Source: Chitinophagaceae bacterium
GTDB lineage: Bacteria > Bacteroidota > Bacteroidia > Chitinophagales > Chitinophagaceae
Assembly (NCBI GenBank): GCA_049425065.1
Contig: JBMSWW010000001.1
Span: 954 to 64,953, forward strand
Reading direction: 5' to 3'
Length of the DNA stretch: 64,000 bases
Each line of letters starts with the position of its first letter. Position 1 is the stretch's first letter. Positions 58,866 to 64,000 of the stretch are shown here, piece after piece. The notes under the pieces were generated by a model. The model was not told where the DNA came from. It ran no database searches and was given only the letters and a program-made list of their open reading frames with translations. A program made the position numbers and the translations under genes.

Positions 58866-59687
58866 TTATTGATAGACACGAACGAAATCAACTAGCAATT
58901 GCTGCGGAAATGCGGAATCATCGATGCCAAATCGTCCACCCCAATCTCCTCCTACGGCTATGTTGATTAATAAATGAAAGCGTTGGTCAAATGGCCAAGA
59001 TGCACTGCCTTTATTGTCATTATGAAAAACATTGTACAATTTGTCATCAACATAGAAAGAAATTGACTTTTCATTCCATTCAATGGCATACACATGAAAA
59101 TTGGTAGAAAGATCATTCACATAGATGCCTTTCACTTTTTGAGTACCGATCATGCCATTATAGGCACCTGTATGAACCGTGCCAAATAAAGAATCAGGCA
59201 TATAGCCGACATTTTCCATAATATCAATTTCCCCACTATGAGGCCATCCGCCATATTTCCAATCAGTAGGCAGCATCCAAATAGCAGGCCACATTCCCTT
59301 CCCTTTGGGCAATTTGGCTCTCACTTCAATGCGGCCATATTTCCAATCCCCTTTGTTACGAGTTACTAAACGAGTGGAAGTATACTTAGCATCCTCGCGT
59401 TGTTCTTTGCGCGCCTCAATAATCAGATGACCATTTTCCACCCTTGCATTCTCCTTTCTGTTCCAGGTATAATATTGTAATTCATTATTCCCCCATCTAC
59501 AATTGGAAGGACAACCTCTTGCTTTATCGTAATCCCATTTAGTGCTATCAGGTAACCCTTGGTAATTGAATTCATCAGCCCACACTAATTTTCGAGTGAA
59601 CTTTTGTGAAAAACCTACCAAAGAGCTCATTATAAAAAAGAGTAGCAAAAAATATTTCTGCACAGTACAAACTGGTGTGAAAGTCAT
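58866..59687 (-). CDS. GH16 laminarinase-like glycoside hydrolase
   Basis: WADEF, WGNNELQYY, WPAIWML, catalytic EIDIME, WPFDQ. Confidence 0.93.
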   Translation of the reverse strand: MTFTPVCTVQKYFLLLFFIMSSLVGFSQKFTRKLVWADEFNYQGLPDSTKWDYDKARGCPSNCRWGNNELQYYTWNRKENARVENGHLIIEARKEQREDAKYTSTRLVTRNKGDWKYGRIEVRAKLPKGKGMWPAIWMLPTDWKYGGWPHSGEIDIMENVGYMPDSLFGTVHTGAYNGMIGTQKVKGIYVNDLSTNFHVYAIEWNEKSISFYVDDKLYNVFHNDNKGSASWPFDQRFHLLINIAVGGDWGGRFGIDDSAFPQQLLVDFVRVYQ

Positions 59688-59699
59688 AAAATAATTTAA

Positions 59700-60728
59700 T
59701 TAATTGTAAACACGCACATAGTCAATTTCCATTGTACCACTATTGAAGGCAGGATCAACAGTGCCCCCAAAAGTTCCTCCCATAGCTACATTAAGTAGCA
59801 AAAAGAAGGGTTGATTGAAGGGTACTGTATTATTGTTCGCGAAACTGAAAAACTCTACATCGTCTATCAAGAATTTGATGAACTGTGGATTCCACTCAAC
59901 ACTATAAACACGAAATTCTGTAGTAACATTAGCTACAGTGCGTGAACCTCCAATAGCATTCCCCCCAGAGTTTCCAGGGTAATGAACCGTCCCATAAATT
60001 TTATTCAATTCACTGCCTTTGTGTTCCATGATATCGATTTCACCACATGCAGGCCAACCTACCGTTCCAATGTTATTACCTAACATCCAAATAGCAGGCC
60101 AGGTTCCTACCCCTGCAGGCAACTTGGCTCTTACTTCCACTCTTCCAAATTGGAAACTAAACTTGCCTCTGGATAATAATCTGGCCGAAGTAAAAGGACT
60201 GCCGGAAAAAGATTCTCGTTTAGCAATAATCTTCAGGGTTCCATTAGAAATGATAGCATTGTCCAATCGGTTGGTATAATACTGCAACTCATTGTTGCCC
60301 CAACCGCCCGCGCCAATATCGTAGCCCCATTTAGCAGGATCAGGAGCACCCGGTGCATCAAATTCGTCGGACCAAACTAATGAACGGGCAACCGTAACAG
60401 TTACCGAAGCTCTAGTGGAAGTAGTTTGACCACTGGAACTTTTTGCGATCACGTTCACTGCATATGTTCCGGAAGCTGGGTATTGATAAGTAAGTAAGCC
60501 ATTAGCCACAGTACGAAATACCCCATTACCAAGATCATATTCGTAGGATATAGCATTAGTAGAGGTAGCCGTAAAGTTTACGTTACCAGAATTATCAGTA
60601 CTAACTACAAAGGAAAGTGAAAGGTTAGTAGGTGGCCCTGCGGGAGAAGGGGAATCCCCCTTCCCGCATGAGCCAAAAATCGTGCTTAGCGTGACAAAAG
60701 AAAAAAACAAACATGAATAAAAAGTCAT
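59700..60728 (-). CDS. GH16 laminarinase-like lipoprotein with a PKD domain
   Basis: Lipobox FGSC, PKD-like YDLGNG, WSDEF, GWGNNELQYY, EIDIME. Confidence 0.93.
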   Translation of the reverse strand: MTFYSCLFFSFVTLSTIFGSCGKGDSPSPAGPPTNLSLSFVVSTDNSGNVNFTATSTNAISYEYDLGNGVFRTVANGLLTYQYPASGTYAVNVIAKSSSGQTTSTRASVTVTVARSLVWSDEFDAPGAPDPAKWGYDIGAGGWGNNELQYYTNRLDNAIISNGTLKIIAKRESFSGSPFTSARLLSRGKFSFQFGRVEVRAKLPAGVGTWPAIWMLGNNIGTVGWPACGEIDIMEHKGSELNKIYGTVHYPGNSGGNAIGGSRTVANVTTEFRVYSVEWNPQFIKFLIDDVEFFSFANNNTVPFNQPFFLLLNVAMGGTFGGTVDPAFNSGTMEIDYVRVYN

Positions 60729-60732
60729 GTTG

Positions 60733-61629
60733 TTACGGCTTGGGTTTTAACTTTTGATACCAAGAATTATTGTCGGATCCGATATTTCTCAAATGAATAG
60801 CAGTGGGAGAAATAGAAAGAATTTCATACACTACCCCTCCAGTTCCAAAATTAATAATCCCATTGCCAGGTACCATGAATTGAATTTGGGTAGAAACGGC
60901 CGCAGTGGATCCTGAAGTAGCATTCATGAAGACCAATTGCTTGTTGCCACCGGTTTGCATTGGATAACAGCCATCCCCGCCACTGAAGCCATAAAATCCT
61001 GTGGAAGCACCGATGGAGAACGAAGCACCTTTATTATCTACGTTCATAAAAATACGTCCGGCACCATCTTTAGAAAATGTAATCTCGTCATCGTAAGCAC
61101 AAGCTTCCCTTGAGTTAGGAACAGCTGAATACCAAATGGGAGAAAACTCATTATTCGGGCCAACTCCAAAATGACCAGGAGCTTCATTGTCGGTGATCCA
61201 TACCTTAGATCCTGTACCAGTTAATGAGGATACAATATCTGCAGGGATAGTGAAGGCCACAAACACAGTAATGCGTTTGCTGATGGTGGAAAGAGCACCG
61301 CCTGTACCCACTGCATTTACAGTAATAGTAAAGCTGGAGGTTCCAGGTGTATTGTACTTGTAAGTAAGCGTTCCGGAGGGAACTACTTTTTTGATGCCAT
61401 CTCCAAAGTCCATTTGATAAGTAAGTGCGCCTTTGGCAGTAGCCGTAATAGTTACTTGTCCAGAGCCATCTCCATTGGGGTTATTGGCATCAACACCAGC
61501 TACTACAGCTGTTAAGGTAAGATCAGTGGGGTTGCGCAACTCTCCAAAACTATATTCTTGCTTTTGACAAGAAGTAATTGTTAATAGCAACACTACTAAG
61601 AGTGCACTTATATGGCGAATCGTTTTCAT
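60733..61629 (-). CDS. PKD-domain lipoprotein (PUL accessory / surface glycan-binding)
   Basis: Lipobox ITSC, DFGDG PKD motif, position within the PUL. Confidence 0.8.
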   Translation of the reverse strand: MKTIRHISALLVVLLLTITSCQKQEYSFGELRNPTDLTLTAVVAGVDANNPNGDGSGQVTITATAKGALTYQMDFGDGIKKVVPSGTLTYKYNTPGTSSFTITVNAVGTGGALSTISKRITVFVAFTIPADIVSSLTGTGSKVWITDNEAPGHFGVGPNNEFSPIWYSAVPNSREACAYDDEITFSKDGAGRIFMNVDNKGASFSIGASTGFYGFSGGDGCYPMQTGGNKQLVFMNATSGSTAAVSTQIQFMVPGNGIINFGTGGVVYEILSISPTAIHLRNIGSDNNSWYQKLKPKP

Positions 61630-61647
61630 AGCAATTGTTTTTTTGAA

Positions 61648-63687
61648 TTAATTAAGCCTGATATCGTCAAAATAATACGTGAAGTTGGGGGAACCGTCAC
61701 CCATGGTACCTAGATCGAAAATGATTACCACCCTGTCATACGTATTACCGGTATTGATACCTGAAAAATCAAAGCTCATCTCCTGCCATGCATTTCCATT
61801 AGGAATCACTACCTCTCTTTCAAAATTCTGGGCACCATTTGCAGAGTTCTCCACCTTCAATAAAACTTTTGCACCTGCTCTTGGCGAATACACCTTCATT
61901 CGTAACTGAGTCGATAGCCCAAAATTGATGGGCCCATCAAGAGTTAGGAAACTTCCGCCCCAAGGTTGTCCCGGATTTTTTACCATTTTAGCTACTTTGG
62001 CACTAGTATTAACGCCTCCAGAGAATGGATTATTCACCATGGTAACATTACCACCGTCGAAATCAAACCAAGAATAAGTAATCGGATATTCGAAATTTAA
62101 AGGCAATTGTAAGGGGAATGTATTGGTAAGACGAATATCATCAAAGTAGAAAGTGAAATTAGAAGACCCATCTCCCATAGTTCCTAATTCAAAGATCAAT
62201 ACAATACGATCATAAGAATTACCTGTGTTAATTCCTGAATAATCAAACACCAGGTCTTCCCAAGCATTTGCAATACTTGTTGTAACCTCTTTTTCATAAT
62301 TCTGGCCAGCATTGGCAGAGTTCTCTACTTTCAATAACACTTTAGCACCCACACGTGGAGAGTGCACCTTCATACGGAAAACTTTATTTACTGAAAAGTC
62401 AATAGGACCACTGAGGGTTAAAAAACTACCTCCCCAAACCTGTCCTGCATTTTTGACCATTTTGGCTACAGAAGCACTGGTATTAATCCCTCCCACAGCC
62501 GGATTCGCAACTGTAGTAACGTTACCTCCATCAAAGTCAAACCAAGGGTAGGTAGAAGGAGACGATTCAAAATCTAAAGGAAGTTCCAAGGGCATTGTAT
62601 TTACCAGACGGATATCATCAAATAACCAGGTAAAGTTTGGAGAACCATCGCCTGCTGTGCCGAGATCAAAAATTAATACAATACGATTGTACGAATTCGC
62701 AACATTAATACCGCGATAGTCAAATGCTAAATCTTCCCAAGCATTGGCGCGCGTAGTCACTACTTCACGTTCATAATTTTGCCCGGAATTAGACGAATTT
62801 TCAACTTTCAGTAACACTCTGGCTCCCACACGAGGAGAGTACACTTTCATGCGGAAAACTTTATTGGCAGAAAAGTCAATATTGCTACTGAGCGTGATAA
62901 AACTACCTCCCCAAACCTGGCCAGGATTTTTGATCATCCTTCCTACTTTAGCAGAAGTATTAATACCACCAGACTGTGGGTTGGCAATTACAGTTACATC
63001 CCCTCCATCAAAATTTGTCCATGCATAATTAAGGGTAGTCGACTCAAATGTTAGAGGTAATTCTAAGGGGTCAAAAATGGTAACAGGAGTAATTTGTTCA
63101 GTAGTTGCAGCACCTCCACTGAAGGCCACTACTTTTACTTGGTAAGTTCCTGTGGCCGCATACACATGACTAACAGTTTGCCCTTCTAAAAAAGTGACCG
63201 GTATCTCGTTAGGATTTTCACCAAAATAAACTTTGAAATTAGTTTCATACAAAGCAGTCGCGCTCACATTTACCTTGTAATTGTTGGCAGGATCCACAGT
63301 AACATTCACCACCAAGTTTTCTGGTGCACGAAATGCAACAGTTAATTCTTGTGTAGATTCAGTAGTTTTCCCATTAACAGCATAGCCTACCAATTTTACC
63401 GTATACACTCCTTCTGCATAAGTGTGAGTAGTATTTTTCCCGGCAGCTACTTTAGCAGGAGTAGTAGTTCCATCCCCAAAATATACATCATAAGATACAG
63501 CACCTGTACCGTTTGGTGTGATAGTAACTAAACCTGAATTATCTTGGGTAATTTCAAACATAGCGCTTAATGCAGAGGGCGCTTCACCTCTTTCAACAAA
63601 GGAGGTATCTGTAAACTCCTTTTTTGTACAGCCGACTATTAAAAGTAGCCCCATTAACCAGCCAGCTAAAGAATTGATCTTTTTCAT
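61648..63687 (-). CDS. Surface glycan-binding lipoprotein: two PKD-like domains plus three tandem ~159-aa CBM-like repeats
   Basis: Lipobox IVGC, YFGDG/YFGE, and three repeats of LPLxFE...NFDGG...WGGSF...VLLKVEN...FDDIRL; immediately downstream of susD. Confidence 0.85.
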   Translation of the reverse strand: MKKINSLAGWLMGLLLIVGCTKKEFTDTSFVERGEAPSALSAMFEITQDNSGLVTITPNGTGAVSYDVYFGDGTTTPAKVAAGKNTTHTYAEGVYTVKLVGYAVNGKTTESTQELTVAFRAPENLVVNVTVDPANNYKVNVSATALYETNFKVYFGENPNEIPVTFLEGQTVSHVYAATGTYQVKVVAFSGGAATTEQITPVTIFDPLELPLTFESTTLNYAWTNFDGGDVTVIANPQSGGINTSAKVGRMIKNPGQVWGGSFITLSSNIDFSANKVFRMKVYSPRVGARVLLKVENSSNSGQNYEREVVTTRANAWEDLAFDYRGINVANSYNRIVLIFDLGTAGDGSPNFTWLFDDIRLVNTMPLELPLDFESSPSTYPWFDFDGGNVTTVANPAVGGINTSASVAKMVKNAGQVWGGSFLTLSGPIDFSVNKVFRMKVHSPRVGAKVLLKVENSANAGQNYEKEVTTSIANAWEDLVFDYSGINTGNSYDRIVLIFELGTMGDGSSNFTFYFDDIRLTNTFPLQLPLNFEYPITYSWFDFDGGNVTMVNNPFSGGVNTSAKVAKMVKNPGQPWGGSFLTLDGPINFGLSTQLRMKVYSPRAGAKVLLKVENSANGAQNFEREVVIPNGNAWQEMSFDFSGINTGNTYDRVVIIFDLGTMGDGSPNFTYYFDDIRLN
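61651..63066 (-). repeat. Intragenic tandem triplication with a 477-nt period
   Basis: Repeat starts near 63066, 62589 and 62112, with clear amino-acid and nucleotide similarity. Confidence 0.9.
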
Positions 63688-63707
63688 ACTTAGTTTTTTA
63701 TTGGCTA

Positions 63708-64000
63708 TTAATAGCCGGGGTTTTGAGTAAGGTTTGAAACAATAATTTCTTGTTGCGGAATAGGGAATACCTCATGTTTATTGGAAGTAAAGCCCTGAAT
63801 TTTACCTGCTGCTTGACCGGTGCGTACCAAATCAAAGAAGCGATCACCTTCCATAGCAAGTTCCAATCTTCTCTCCGCTAAAATTTCCTGGTATAAGGCA
63901 TCTCCAGTGGCACTTGAATTGTGTTGTGTGTTTTGAAATGCTCTTTGTCTAACCTTATTTAAATAATCCTGGGCCTTAGAATCATTAGGAGTAGCAGAAC
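63708..64000 (-). CDS. susD: SusD/RagB family lipoprotein, C-terminal part (truncated by the window)
   Basis: Manual translation: ...ERRLELAMEGDRFFDLVRTG...HEVFPIPQQEI...LTQNPGY*. Confidence 0.92.
   Translation of the reverse strand, partial: SATPNDSKAQDYLNKVRQRAFQNTQHNSSATGDALYQEILAERRLELAMEGDRFFDLVRTGQAAGKIQGFTSNKHEVFPIPQQEIIVSNLTQNPGY

Noticed and set aside
1730-63730. Numerous 60-143 aa ORFs nested in or antisense to the major genes
   Set aside because: They overlap confidently assigned CDS and have shadow-like composition.
1-64000. CRISPR arrays, tRNA/rRNA genes, IS elements, integrases, prophage or defence genes
   Set aside because: I saw no regularly spaced repeats, cloverleaf motifs, or transposase/integrase ORFs, and the intergenic gaps are mostly too small to hold them.

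Overview
This 64-kb window is a very compact, mostly housekeeping region of a Bacteroidota genome, most likely Chitinophagaceae-like. The assignment rests on TAnnTTTG -7 promoter elements, A-rich translation starts without Shine-Dalgarno sequences, Bacteroidota-type PurF and S46 peptidase, and a SusD gene. It holds about 50 CDS. These include mreBCD, purD, two tandem POT peptide transporters, alkB, a DUF1800/DUF1501 pair, serS, gcvH, prfA, recO, obgE, an orphan GH18 lipoprotein, cysS, paaZ, fabG, a GH3 acyl-amido synthetase, lptB, metF, rlmD, a rhomboid pair, adk, msrB, purF, surA and rimP-nusA-infB. The right end carries the distal part of a beta-1,3-glucan (laminarin-type) PUL. I saw no rRNA, tRNA, CRISPR array or mobile element. 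The most interesting signals lie outside the ORF track. (1) A candidate ~85-nt sRNA at about 15457-15542 (-) has an ECF-sigma-like promoter, a 5' hairpin and a terminator, and its single-stranded core is the reverse complement of a typical Bacteroidota translation-initiation region. (2) An unannotated 44-aa lipoprotein with a CGCP motif lies at 45567-45701 (-). (3) Many genes appear leaderless, and one divergent pair has a perfectly symmetric bidirectional promoter. (4) The second rhomboid looks catalytically dead. (5) The GH3 acyl-amido synthetase sits among envelope and lipid genes. All calls are by eye; no database searches were run.
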